Positions 39,542 to 52,600 of a stretch of DNA of 64,000 nucleotides are shown piece after piece (the stretch's first letter is position 1; the number at the start of each line of letters is the position of its first letter). The translations under genes and the position numbers were made by a program. This DNA comes from Schmidtea nova (taxonomy: Eukaryota): the NCBI GenBank assembly GCA_044892505.1, contig CM097882.1:253394001-253458000 (forward strand), read 5' to 3'. The notes under the pieces were generated by a model. That model had not been told where the DNA came from and did no database searches. It saw only the letters and a program-made list of their open reading frames with translations.

Positions 39542-41015
39542 GCTATCTTTACATTANNNNNNNNNNNNNNNNNNNNNNNNNNNNNNNNNNNNNNNNNNNN
39601 NNNNNNNNNNNNNNNNNNNNNNNNNNNNNNNNNNNNNNNNNNNNNNNNNNNNNNNNNNNNNNNNNNNNNNNNNNNNNNNNNNNNNNNNNNNNNNNNNNNN
39701 NNNNNNNNNNNNNNNNNNNNNNNNNNNNNNNNNNNNNNNNNNNNNNNNNNNNNNNNNNNNNNNNNNNNNNNNNNNNNNNNNNNNNNNNNNNNNNNNNNNN
39801 NNNNNNNNNNNNNNAATAAAAGTTATCAAAAGTCAGTAAATATTTTCAATTATTCCAGGCCACATATGCTTAACATTGAAATTCTAAATGAATTTATGGA
39901 AAAGCAAAGCGATGAAATTATTAATATAAAATGGAATAAAATTAAATTAAAAATTTCATATAAATAAGAAATAATAATATTTTAAATATAAAATGGGAAT
40001 ATTTTAATTGTATTCCCATAGCTTAACTCTACAAATTTAAATTGAATTTTAATTTTTAACATTCTTTTATATTTTTAAAATTCCAAGTCGAATTTTTAAT
40101 TATCATCACTTTTAAAAGATTATTTTCATTACAAAAATTAAAACACTATTTTTAAATATATTTAACAAAAATTATCCGCACAGTGCTGCGAATTCTGATT
40201 GGTACATTGTTTCCTGTCTAAAAAAATTCGATATTTTGACAAACTCCAAAAATACTCTCACTAGTTCAAACCATATTTCGATAATTAATGAATTAATTTT
40301 CTATTTTTATTCATTACAAAAGAAAACGTCTAATAAAACTAAAAGGAGCTCTTGATACTTAAGTCAAAAATAATCGACTGAAAACAATCTCAAAATTTTC
40401 AAGATGAATGAAATTTGTTTTAATTGAAAAGTGCTGTCGCCATTAGATAATATACAAATTGATATTTTCAAGTAATATAAAGTGGATTTCTATTGAAAGG
40501 CGGAATAAATAGACTTACTGTTGTCGCCAAACTCTTGGTTGCGATGGTTCGTGGAATACCCGTCAGAGAGATAGGTGTATTGTATTTACATTTGCACATG
40601 GTCAGATATACGATAAATCGGTTTATGAAAATTTTGTTTAAAAAGTCAATCGATTGTGAAAATTCTTACACAATTGATTTTACCAGTCATAGAAAATTTT
40701 GCATTGATTACTTTTCAATTGAATTTGTTCCTGGAAGCTGAATTTTGATTTATTCCACGGGCTCCCATAAATCATTGGCCGTACTTACTGATGAGACAGT
40801 TAAATTGTCAAAGAAATTTTTTAATGCTTTTTTTGAGTTGAGCATAAAAAATCTTTAAATTTTTTTTAAATTGTACTTTTTTTGGATAATTATTTTTGAT
40901 TTCATATCTGGTAAATTTGTTGAGATTCATAAGGCTTTTTAAAGTTTATTTGTTTTTATTTATTTTCTTTCCGTCTCAGCTATAGATCAGTGTTTAACAT
41001 AATAATAGTCTACAA

Positions 41016-41251
41016 CAGGGGTCGCAACCTTTTAGCTGTGGTGTACCAAGCCACTACGCCAATTAATTCAGAATGCCACCTTATTTCTTTTTACAAATAA
41101 GTAATGGTACATGTCTGTCGCTTTAAATAATACAGTTCTTTATGAAAATAATTTGATCCCGAAATTATCTTTTAAATATATTTAATTGAAAAACAAACAG
41201 CATATAATGCCATTGACAACTCCACCGCGTGCCATAGGTTGTCGACCCCTG
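41016..41251. mobile_element. hAT MITE
   Basis: TIRs caggggtcgcaacct / aggttgtcgacccctg; perfect TSD GTCTACAA. Confidence 0.9.
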
Positions 41252-43099
41252 GTCTACAACAAAAAATATTGAAGCTAATTCTAGAGCTTTTTTTGATTAA
41301 TGATAGCGTAAAAATATTATTGAGGTTCATCGAATCTCAACTTGATGATCTTATATAAATAACAAAGTTAAGCCTGGTTAAAAATGTTATTTGATGTTAT
41401 TAAGACAAAAGGGTTACGTGATAAATTCAAATACAAATTAAACAACAATACATGCATGTATGCAATGTAATATGTGCATTCGCGTAATTGTATATATTGC
41501 AGTTCTGAGCTCGATATACTGTATATTTGATTTTAAAATTTCAGAAGTCGATTAACATCTTTGAAATTCTTCTGGCACGCAAGAATGTTTATGGTGATTT
41601 GATTAAAATTTCAGACCATTGGTATACTAAATTTTAACTTCTTTTACCTTTTGGGTGGTATTGCTTATTTTTTATTATTATTACAGCACTTATGGTGTTC
41701 ATAAATTTATTATTAATTTTAAAATGATCATTTCTTGGTAGCACCATTAATTTATTAATTAGTTAATATTATTATTATTAAAAGGTAAAGCTTTGTGATA
41801 CCCAGTTTCAAGCTAGACGGGAGACGCGAGCAGTGCTCTTCGCGCCAGGTAAGTATAAAACAAAGCTGGAACAACTTTATTAAATACTTTTCCTGGTACA
41901 TCACATCACTTGAAAATGCAAGGTCTTTCAGATAATTTGTAAACTTGCAATCGCGGTGTATGAATGTCATATTCGCCTCTGCGCACTAAACGTTATTCAC
42001 GGAAACTGTTTGCAAACGCACCCGACTGTCTTAGCTTTATTTATTATTTCAATCACTTGAAATACCTTTTGCAAAATATTTGCCGGCTGGCTGTTTGTTT
42101 TTAAATAAGTAATAAAAGGTAAAACTTAATAATAACAACAAATAATAAACAAATAATAACATCATAAGTTTACCAGAGGATAGATGTTTGCATCTGTAAA
42201 AAATGGTTCTCTTTCATAATATTGGAAACGTTCATTGGAATCGCAACTTTATTCCTACTGTATCCAGTGCTCTAAGGGTTATTTGTAAACATTTTTAGAA
42301 TAAGCAATAAATTCGTATATTTGCTTTTCGGTTCTTTCGCGCTAATTTGATAATGAATTCTTCTAGATTTTAATTTCTAATAATTTTTCCTTATTTTTCA
42401 CAACAAATCTAACAGTGAGTCTGAATATCAATTAAATTATTTTGTTAAAATAATTTGTGAAAAAATTTGGTAAAAATTTATATAAAAAATAAAATAATGT
42501 CGATATAGTAAATAAAACATTCTCGCAAGTCTACTAACAACAATCAGTAGATAGCTGGCTAATAANNNNNNNNNNNNNNNNNNNNNNNNNNNNNNNNNNN
42601 NNNNNNNNNNNNNNNNNNNNNNNNNNNNNNNNNNNNNNNNNNNNNNNNNNNNNNNNNNNNNNNNNNNNNNNNNNNNNNNNNNNNNNNNNNNNNNNNNNNN
42701 NNNNNNNNNNNNNNNNNNNNNNNNNNNNNNNNNNNNNNNNNNNNNNNNNNNNNNNNNNNNNNNNNNNNNNNCAAACGAAAAAACAATTTATTTTATAATT
42801 TCAATCCTAGCCAAATTAACGTTGTCTTTGAAATGGCTGCAAAAAAAATTGAAATTCAAAAATGAGATTTATTTTCGAGAAATTTATAACGAGACCATTT
42901 TATTAATAAAAGATTTTTATTTTGTGTATTGAAAAATTTTATAATTTTTTAAAATGTTCTAATTAAAATGAACATTTTATTAAAAAAAATTTTATTTTGT
43001 ATATAATTTTTTAATCTTTTAAAATGTTTTAATTTATTGAAAATCAATAAAAAAAATTTATTTGTCAAATAAAATTTTATCTCGAGAAATTTATCCCCA

Positions 43100-43290
43100 A
43101 ATCTTAGTTTGTTTTAATAACTTATATTAAATCAGAATTGAGGAGAGAGAAAATATTCAGCAAGAAGTAAGAGGTCATTTAGGAAAAAATAATTATTGGA
43201 GTGATTAGGATCATTTTAAGATCGAAATCTTTTATCAAATAAACATTGCGGAGAAGGCTTACTATTGTTACCTTATTATTATATTTTGCA
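43100..43290 (+). repeat. Second copy of the ~190-bp dispersed family (see 4240-4425)
   Basis: aaatcagaattgaggagagagaaaatattcag...ttggagtgattaggatcattttaagatcgaaat...acattgcggagaaggctt. Confidence 0.75.
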
Positions 43291-44777
43291 AATAGTAAAT
43301 GTTATCAAGAATTTCTATAGTCTCATCAGAACATTTTACAGTTGTCACTTAAATTATGTATTTAGGTAAATTATAAATTTATACGTTATGCCTATGTAAA
43401 CATCACCTCTGGTATCGAAGCCCACAATTCAAGCCCATTTTAAAATACAAAATATTCCAATTTAAGGCTTACATACGAAAAATATTGATAGTTTTTGAAA
43501 TAAGTCACTAAGAAATACTTAAATGGAATTTAGCGTACAATATGACCAGAAGGAAATAACATACAAAAAATTGGAAATTAATTCATTCAGATAGCCCAAT
43601 CAACAAGTTTCAAAAATGTCAATGAAGAGAATGTTAGAAGGTTGACGGTTTTTAAGTGGGAGATTTTGTAAACGTTTTTAGGAACGAAGACAAAGAAATT
43701 GAAGATGAAGTTAAAGAAGTTATTGTCGAAGTGTTAACAATCAAAAATTTAAAATGGTTAATAAATGAAATTGGAAATGTTTTAAATTTTCGAATGAAAA
43801 TGATCCTGATAAATAAAGAATTGTTAGTGTTAAATACAATAAATCCATATAGGCAATTGTTAAATTACAGAAGAAAATGCGTAAACAATCAAAATTATCT
43901 TTTGATTTCACCTTTGATCTCTTTGTTTATATCAATAATTTTCATAATTGTAAGAATATAGATCAAAACTTTTATACAATTATGGAAGTTATTGATATAA
44001 ACAATCAACTAGTAGGAAGAAATGTGGACGGTGGAATAAAGGAAGTTACATAATCAATGAGTTATAACCTATAAAAATCTCCTTTTTTACACCCCTAATT
44101 TTTACACACATGCACGATAACGTTATCAAAATTTTCTTTAAACTTTTTTTAAATATTTTCGTAATCGATGACACAATATAATATTTTATTTAAGGTCAAT
44201 TTAAGGACAAAGGTCAAGGTCAAACTTTTTAAGGTCAACTTATTAAAAAACTTCAAAAATTCAAAAAACTTTAAATTTTCAGAAACTTTCAAAAACTTTA
44301 AAAACAAAAAATTTTGAAAAACAAAAAATTTCAAAAAATTCAAAAACTGATTGTCAACATTTATTAAAAAATACATTAAGCGATTCTAGCACTGTTAATT
44401 TTCCAAATCAGAGATACTTCTTCTTTTATAGCCTTGAATCGATACATCAACATCAATATTGATTGTAACAACATCTTCTTTTTAAAGCTGACCAATTAAG
44501 TTGGAATATTGCGAAGTCAAGAGCCTTACTAGATATGAGAACTTGAATGGTAATTCATTTACTAAGAGAAACATTTGATAACTGTCAAACATTTGAACCG
44601 CTCTGAAATAGTTTTTCAAGATACAACTGAAATCACAATTGGTTATGTTTTTCTTGATTTTACTAAACAATGTAGTATTGATACTTTTAATAAAAAATAA
44701 GCCATGGTTTCTAAACAAAGTTAAAATTTGTTTTGAAATTGATCATGAAACTTAAACCATGTGCCAAACATTATAGT

Positions 44778-44778
<1 letters not shown>

Positions 44779-44858
<80 letters not shown>
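44779..44858. repeat. (TA)n microsatellite; others near 7332, 8439, 39129, 45878, 57608, 58210, 59718; (TAA/TTA)n near 53920-53993
   Basis: Seen directly in the sequence. Confidence 0.95.
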
Positions 44859-44862
<4 letters not shown>

Positions 44863-44948
44863 TCAAAACTTAATTATCTCTATTTGTGTGTTAGTTTTAA
44901 CATTTCCTCGTTGATCCTAACAATTCTATTACTAAAATACTACATAGT

Positions 44949-45874
44949 TATAATCATTCGACACATAAAGGTTTAACTGGATTGAGTCATTTTGATGTTT
45001 TAGCGGAAAATACTGGTATTCGTCAATTGAAAACTATTATAAATAATTTGAAATATAAGATTGGTGATCATGTTCGAATTAGTAAAATTAGCGCTTCGCC
45101 ATTCATCAAAGATTTTTGATAGCAATTGGAGTGATGAGGAATTTCAGATCTCAAAAACTAATACTAGTCAAAATTTTGTCATGTATGTTATTTCTGACTC
45201 TGGCAATAATAAAGCGGGAGGGAAATTATATGTTATTCCCCCGCCTACAGTATTTAGAATAAAAAAAATCTAAAATGGTGGGTAATGATAAACAATACTA
45301 TGTAAAGTTATATGGATATTAAAACCGATCATGGTTATCAGCAAAAGACATAGTAAAGTGAATTCTTATACTATTCTATCAAGTAATAGCTGTCTATTAA
45401 TTCATCCAGATAATCAAGCCAATAAATTCATGGTCAATCTTCAAAATCCGATTTATTTAAATGATAATTGGGAAGTTGAATTACAAGATTTTAGGTTTGT
45501 GTACAACACATCTCTATTTTATAGTCAATGTAAGATTGATTACAAAAGAATTGAATCTGTAACATGCAGCGGTCTATTTATTATCAACAATTTTGATAAA
45601 TACTATAAAATTTGGCTGCTCAATAAAATATGTTTTTCAATAATGGATGTTTAAATATTAATTGTTATTTTACTTCATACACAATTACATTTGAGAATAT
45701 TGAAGAAATAATCAACTTAAAATTGTAAGTATGATGAAAGAATATCAATTAAAGTTATTGTCATTGAACCAAATTGTTATTTGAAAGAAGATATTAAATT
45801 GACTATATCGTATGATTCAGAAATTGAAGAAACATTTACATTTGCAATGTATATTTTACAACTTGAAAATTTGT

Positions 45875-45944
<70 letters not shown>

Positions 45945-46070
45945 CAACTAATTATTCTCATATTTTAAAAACTATGGAAATTAATAAATTGGTCAAATTC
46001 AGTCAATGTTAATATTAGTGAAGTTACATTCGATAAAAATTTGGCCAATACTTTAGGATATTCAAAACAT
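44949..46070 (+). pseudogene. Maverick remnant: integrase C-terminus with chromodomain, followed by a minor-capsid-like gene
   Basis: YNHSTHKG...KYKIGDHVRISK...NWSDEEFQI...FRIKKI..YYVK, then YTILSSNSCLLIHPDNQANKFMVNLQNPIYLNDNWEVEL. Confidence 0.75.
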
Positions 46071-46089
46071 TAAGTGATAAAAACATTAG

Positions 46090-47280
46090 GCAAGTTCTTG
46101 AAGGGCCTTGCTGCTCAGGCTCGTAGGAATTGAGACGAATTTAATAATATTAAGCCCATTCCATTGAATTCGTCGATGGGGATGTGGCAGAAATAGATGA
46201 CTCACTTTGGAAGGCTAGCCGCATCCCGGATGAAGATGAACCATTTTGCACAATTCCTGAATGAGTTGATTTCTGACGAGACGTGCCGTCAGGGGCCTAC
46301 CCTCTACCACATCTCTTCTTTTGGGTCTATGTACTAGATAGAAAAGGGGCCTTTCTTATCGTTTCGTATATCCATTTTCGCATTTGCTCATCCACCTATC
46401 GAAGAAAGTCGTGTAGTAGAGGTTTATTGGGACCGAGGGCTTGGAGCCGTTTATGATACTCTTGGTCTGATTGCGTCCTCATTGATCCTTTATGGATGGA
46501 TTAATCAAGATTGTTGGATAACTAGGTAAGGGTGATTTCAATGATTGTTTCGGACATTTCGGATTATTTATTTTCATAATGCTGGTCAACGGATTTGAAT
46601 CCGTGGTGATCGAATATAAGTGAAGAGTAATACTGTGGCTAAACAATTTCCTGTATCATTGTGAACTTGGGTCTCTCGTGGTTACATCAATAGTTATGCC
46701 AATTCTCGTTGCAGTGTGCAGTTATGTCCTTATGGTTTGTCGCATCTCTACCGTCTTGGTGAATTGAAGTGGAGGGTACAATAATTTCCGCAGTACATTA
46801 ATTTCTGATCAACTATGGGTTCGTAATCTATAGTTTGGTAATGGTGCATTGACTTAATCGCACTATCTATATAGTGTAAATTGGTTTACCCCGCCGTCAA
46901 CAATTATGGCTCTGTCGTACGAAATCGAGTGCACGTTATTGACTATTTATCGCGAAAAGAACCCATTGGGGCCTTATTCAGAACCTAAGTTATGTGATCA
47001 ACAATTATTTCGGTGAATAAAAGTGATTGGGTGATTAAAATGACTGATTTGATTCAAACTAATTTAAATGATTAAAAATGCTTGTTAAAAATAATGACCT
47101 ATGTGATGGAGTAATACAATTAAAATGCTTCGAATACTGAAAAATAGTGACCTATGTAAAACCCCTTTCTATCGCATATTTGACGCATCTCACCGCATGG
47201 GCGTATTCCGAAGGATCACGACCGAGAGGTTGACAACCCTGGGGTCAGAAACCACGAAAGGTCAATCCTAAAATGAGTTT
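46090..47280. other. Unclassified, relatively GC-richer decayed sequence, possibly a retroelement internal region (gag-like on minus)
   Basis: Composition shift without a long ORF; the minus-strand fragment SMRTQSDQEYHKRLQAL is only suggestive. Confidence 0.25.
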
Positions 47281-47930
47281 AATTGTCATTGAAAATTAGA
47301 TGAGGGTTTACCCAAATGAAATGAAAAAAAATAATGAGGGTTTACCCAAATGAAATGAATGAAATAATGAAATAAGACAAATACTTTTTATTGTCAAAGT
47401 TGATTACAGAATATGCTCGTAAGCTAATATAATGATAACGACTCTATTTCACTGATCTAACACTGGTATTTATACAAATTCAGGTCTTCGATTCGACCGA
47501 TCAAATTCGAGCTATCGTCCAATGTATGGTAACTTGTTGATTTATTTAATCTTGTTTATTCGTTTTAATTTTAGAAAGTCCATCGGCTGAATCAAGGTAC
47601 ATTTAGTAAATCAGTTAATTGTACTTTTATTGATATCTTTTCTTTCTTAATTTATCTAATTTTTGTTTTAGATCTACATGTAGCCTCCAGTTTGCAATTA
47701 TCCGATGAATTTTTGGAGAATGGTAATTTATTTTTATCTACTCTTACCATTTATGCCATTTATTTTAGACCAATTCATATTAAACTTACAGGTTATTTAT
47801 TTTTTTGTTTTGGATTTTTTCTCTATCTTTTAATTTTATTTATTTTTTCAGATTGGTCAGTCCAGCAGTATAAAATCTTGTCGCAAACTTTCGATAGAGT
47901 CAAATATAGTTTTGTATTAGGATAGGAAGT

Positions 47931-48526
47931 TTAAAGTCTATCCGTATTCAAGTGAAAAGGGAACTTATTCTGGTTATCGATCTCAGATATGAAGTCATAC
48001 CATTTGATTTGGTATGAAGTTCGACCTAGAGCGGCTTTGAAATCAAGCACAGTATCATAAGTAAATTTGCTGTTTAAAATGAATTTTGGACCGATTGATA
48101 GCAACCTTTTGTGGGTAAAGCTATTTGTGAGATCGGTTACTAATTCATTTTTATCGTTATTAATAGAAATATTCTTGTCTGGTTTATGTATGTACGCATT
48201 GGGGCCTGTTTTCATTTCCTTCTTTCTTAAGAGGTTCATGAATTTAATAATTAGTCTGAGAAAATGATTTGTTTTCCCTTTGACGAACGCGTGTCTATGT
48301 ACCACGTATTTTAAGTCTCTTGGATGATTAAGTATATATGCATGCATGATATTTTACTGTTTCTTGTTGAGCTTCTCTTTACAAGATTCTGATTAAACTT
48401 GATATGTTCATTTTTTATTTTGTTTGTATTGTTGTTTTTATTTAGCTTGAGATGTGGTAGATGGATTCTGTCAATAGTCGTTGGATTCACGTTTGATTTT
48501 TTACAATGATGTAGTTTTCTTACCAT
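47931..48526 (-). pseudogene. Penelope-like ORF N-terminal remnant
   Basis: Basic N-terminus and KRLLSIGPKF motif; split over two frames. Confidence 0.6.
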
Positions 48527-48749
48527 ATTTTCATTGATTCCAGCTGGATTTTGAATCCAAAGTTTAAGCGTGAATCAAGCTTTTTTTTAAAGTAAAAATG
48601 TATGGTTTCTTGGTAGCAGCATTAATTAAATATTAAATTAGAAACAAATTAAGTATTTGCTGCAAATTTTTTTTATTTATGGAAATTGAATAATTATTAC
48701 CACAACATCATTTACATTAGTCTTAAAGCTAATCAATTAAAATTTTTTT

Positions 48750-49260
48750 GTAATAAAATTTTAAAGTTTAATTTCTAATTTAACATTGTTTGGCATAATT
48801 TGAAGAGACTTGATTTTAATGGAACTGATAAACTTAGTTTCGAACACTGAATAATTTTTAATAGTTTCTTTTATGAACTGATCCATTAACTCTTATTGAT
48901 TATCTTTATTCTTGGTGCATGACTCTTCACTCAAAATGTTCACGTTCCAATAGCCTAGAAAATAATTTTACTTAAGCTCAAAATTTTTAGAGAGTTAATG
49001 CCTCTGCATTTTAGCATGATCGTGATAATAGAAGTTTTTATAAATCCCAAATAAACGTCAAATGTATCGTTTCTATCTGATATAATCATTCAAGTTTTTC
49101 TTTCAACCGTTAGGATGATATGTAACCCAATTTCATTTTAATATCACGGATATCCGTACATATTTTGACATTAGAATATTCTCAGGAGATCCATATTATT
49201 TATAAGCACCCATAGAGCTGTGGAGTATAAATTTTATAAAGTTTGCTCCATGAAGACGAA
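48750..49260 (-). pseudogene. Highly decayed Penelope-like RT core
   Basis: Traces of SMG..GSP..NILM and a DDTF-like motif in broken frames. Confidence 0.4.
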
Positions 49261-50967
49261 ATTGTCAGTTAAATAAACATTGAAATAGAAATAGAGAAAA
49301 GACACTACAACTAAAATTCACTTTCGAATTGAAATAATGTCAACTGAAAAGATTTGTCAAATTGAACAAATTTCGTCACAAAATAATATTAAACAATTAA
49401 TATATAATTTAAATTAGTGCTTTAAACAAGTGTGAAGGAACATTTATTTTTATAAAAGAAATGAGACACTGTAAACAGCTTGGTTACCATTAAAACACAA
49501 CAACCCCAACAAGCTATCTAGCTAAACAAACACTACAAAAATAAAACTGAACACAACCATTGAAGCAATATAGGGAGACACGATAAACACGAAGAACTGT
49601 GTCCATAGTAATAGTAAAAAATGAAATTATTTGTTCATTATAATTATTATTATTAAATTAATCGACAAAAAACAAATCAAAGCCAGATAATAGTAATAAT
49701 AATAACGATAATAATAATAAGAAGAATAATAAGAATCAACACCGTAACAAAAAGGAGCAGTTTCGAGTACTGATAAGTGTTTTATTGGTTATAAATAAAA
49801 AACAACGTAAATAAAATTGCGACAAGATATAACCAGTAATAATATTTAATAATAACACTCCCAATCGTAGATAAAAAAACACAATTTGATCACTGAGTCC
49901 TGTCAAACAAATTCGCATCTTCATTGAATTATTTTCCGGGTATTACAATAAAATGAAGAAAATCACCAATAACTAACAATAAAAAACGAGCAATAAAAAT
50001 CAAATGAAAAATAAAAACAAATATTTAATAATATATAAAAACACACCAAAAATATATTTTTTTCGACAATTTTTTTCTCCAATATATAAGCAAAACTACT
50101 GACAATTATATAACACAAGCAAATCAGTAAATGAACAACAATCGAATAAAAATAGAGAAATCTAACAGTGTAGCAAATTTATAATATAATATACACATAA
50201 ATAAATTATATAACTGATGAAGAAACATAACTCGGCAAGCAAAGAATCTAAAAAGCTTAGCACTAATTGACTCAAACAACACATCGTTCTTCCTTGTGAG
50301 AGAACCATTAAATGCTAATTCGACTGAAATGAGAAGAAAATGTTTTTTGAGGTAAACCAGATAAGTAGGCAAAATAAAAGAAATGTGTCGTCAAAAAATG
50401 AGATATTGATAAATTGTGTAATAGTCGACATAATAATATTACCGAAATTATAATATATAACAGCAGTGATGAGGAGAGTAATAAAAACAAACAATCGAAT
50501 CTAAATTATTGTTTAACAGATTTATAAGGTAAAAACTTTTGAAATTGAAAAAAATTAAATAGCAACATAAATGTGTGAAATTAAAACCAGATGAACACAA
50601 CACGAACACTTCTGTTANNNNNNNNNNNNNNNNNNNNNNNNNNNNNNNNNNNNNNNNNNNNNNNNNNNNNNNNNNNNNNNNNNNNNNNNNNNNNNNNNNN
50701 NNNNNNNNNNNNNNNNNNNNNNNNNNNNNNNNNNNNNNNNNNNNNNNNNNNNNNNNNNNNNNNNNNNNNNNNNNNNNNNNNNNNNNNNNNNNNNNNNNNN
50801 NNNNNNNAACAATAGCAGTTGGCCACTAATAAAAATTAATAAAAGAGAAAGTATAAAATATGATAATACGAGCACCAAGTGCATGCACTAATATAAGATC
50901 AGTCAACACTGAACAACTAAAGCTAATTAATAATAATAATTCTGATATCTACTTTAGCTAATATCTG

Positions 50968-51027
50968 TTACTGTTTGTGATTAGATAAGCCTGCATCTGA
51001 ACGGCACAGTGGACAAGTGCGATTTAT
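50968..51027 (-). CDS. RING-H2 E3 ligase (RNF38/RNF44-like), last coding exon INRTCPLCRSDAGLSNHKQ*
   Basis: Acceptor ttcag| at 51028; completes the RING begun in exon 57071-57484. Confidence 0.88.
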   Translation of the reverse strand: MNRTCPLCRSDAGLSNHKQ

Positions 51028-51206
51028 CTGAATNNNNNNNNNNNNNNNNNNNNNNNNNNNNNNNNNNNNNNNNNNNNNNNNNNNNNNNNNNNNNNNNNNN
51101 NNNNNNNNNNNNNNNNNNNNNNNNNNNNNNNNNNNNNNNNNNNNNNNNNNNNNNNNNNNNNNNNNNNNNNNNTGACTATAGATCAAATTTTTTTTTATAA
51201 ACAATA

Positions 51207-51239
51207 ACACAATATTTCGGCACAGCCTTTATCAAGTGT
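51207..51239 (-). ncRNA. Hammerhead motif, U3-A8 variant (intact)
   Basis: Reverse complement is identical to 52568-52600. Confidence 0.7.
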
Positions 51240-51729
51240 GTATTTCTATCGTTATATTTACTTAATCCTAAATAGTAGCCTCAATTATTTTTTTAATATT
51301 TTATAATGATTTTATTGGATGAAAAAATTTATTTTAATTTTTTTGTGCGAATTGAATGTTGATGGACGGTTTGTATTTTTTTATGAAAAAAGTCTCGGAA
51401 GCTAATCTTTGTAATGAATTTTTGAATCCCTCTTGTAGAATCTGGCATTTTGTTTCTTCTATAGATGGAGTTGTTTTATGTACTTTCTCCCAGTGTTCGT
51501 AATAATTACTGGTTTTGATTTTAGTGTGTTCATTAAGTCGGGTGCGAAAAGTTCTATGTGTTTCTCCTATGTAAGTAGCGTCACATTTTTGGCAAGAAAG
51601 TTTATATACTATATTTTTGGAAAAGCAGAAGCATCGGGTTGTGGAACGGCAAAGACATTTAAAAGACATTACAAAAGGCCAAGATACACTAAATGCAAAC
51701 ACCGAGCTATATTCTAAAAGTTTACATAG

Positions 51730-52473
51730 CGGTCATATCCTCCATGGAAAAGCCACGTTCCACTTCAACGCAAAATCGCATTACTAATAGGAGAAAGAAA
51801 AAGAGCCATAAGAAACTGTTCAGACGCAAACAAAATACAAGAAACATTAGAAAACTTCAAAATACGATTCCTCCAAAATGGATACCCTGAAGACTTTGTA
51901 AAGAAACACTTCCTTAACGAACCATACCACAATAAACGCAACAATAGAAAACGCCAGAAACACAATAACAATAACAAACACATAACATATCTAAGATTAC
52001 CTTTCCTAAATGACACTACAGCCAACAAAATCACCAACATTTTTAATCAAACAGATTTGCCTATCCACATCCGTCCAACGTTCATAACCTCCGCACCGTT
52101 AAAATCACAACTCCGAAAGCCACCAATTTACAACATCTCCAAACATAAATGTCTTTGCCGTTCCACAACCCAATGCTTCTGCTTTTCCAAAAATATAGTA
52201 TATAAACTTTCTTGCCAAAAATGTGACGCAACTTACATAGGAGAAACACATAGAACTTTTCGCACCCGACTTAATGAACACACTAAAATCAAAACCAGTA
52301 ATTATTACGAACACTGGGAGAAAGTACATAAAACAACTCCATCTATAGAAGAAACAAAATGCCAGATTCTACAAGAGGGATTCAAAAATTCATTACAAAG
52401 ATTAGCTTCCGAGACTTTTTTCATAAAAAAATACAAACCGTCCATCAACATTCAATTCGCACAAAAAAATTAA
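51730..52473 (+). CDS. Penelope RT thumb, linker and GIY-YIG endonuclease (open 247 codons, no 5' end)
   Basis: SHVPLQRKIALL..RAIRNCS, QNGYPE, LRLPFL, IVYKLSCQKCDATYIGET, KPSINIQ. The frame is open upstream of the track's TTG start at 52057. Confidence 0.9.
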   Translation, partial: RSYPPWKSHVPLQRKIALLIGERKRAIRNCSDANKIQETLENFKIRFLQNGYPEDFVKKHFLNEPYHNKRNNRKRQKHNNNNKHITYLRLPFLNDTTANKITNIFNQTDLPIHIRPTFITSAPLKSQLRKPPIYNISKHKCLCRSTTQCFCFSKNIVYKLSCQKCDATYIGETHRTFRTRLNEHTKIKTSNYYEHWEKVHKTTPSIEETKCQILQEGFKNSLQRLASETFFIKKYKPSINIQFAQKN

Positions 52474-52567
52474 AATAAATTTTTTCATCCAATAAAATCA
52501 TTATAAAATATTAAAAAAATAATTAAGGCTACTATTTAGGATTAAGTAAATATAACGATAGAAATAC

Positions 52568-52600
52568 ACACTTGATAAAGGCTGTGCCGAAATATTGTGT
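52568..52600 (+). ncRNA. Hammerhead motif, U3-A8 variant, ~95 nt after the Penelope stop codon
   Basis: acac TTGATAA a ggc-tgt-gcc GAAA tat t gtgt. Confidence 0.72.

Noticed and set aside
40520-40640. LGCDGSWNTRQR as a Mutator/Kolobok-like DDE remnant
   Set aside because: It is a single short motif between stops, with no TIRs or further motifs found.
46273-46294. CTGACGA plus GACG/CGTC stem as a hammerhead
   Set aside because: It is followed by AGGG instead of GAAA and has no stem I or III.
47241-47254. Possible LTR primer-binding site (minus-strand TGGTTTCTGACCCC)
   Set aside because: No adjacent LTR ending in CA, and no tRNA 3' end that I can match.
49736-50490. Several small hydrophobic minus-strand ORFs
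   Set aside because: They are explained by U-rich composition downstream of the RING stop (probable 3' UTR).
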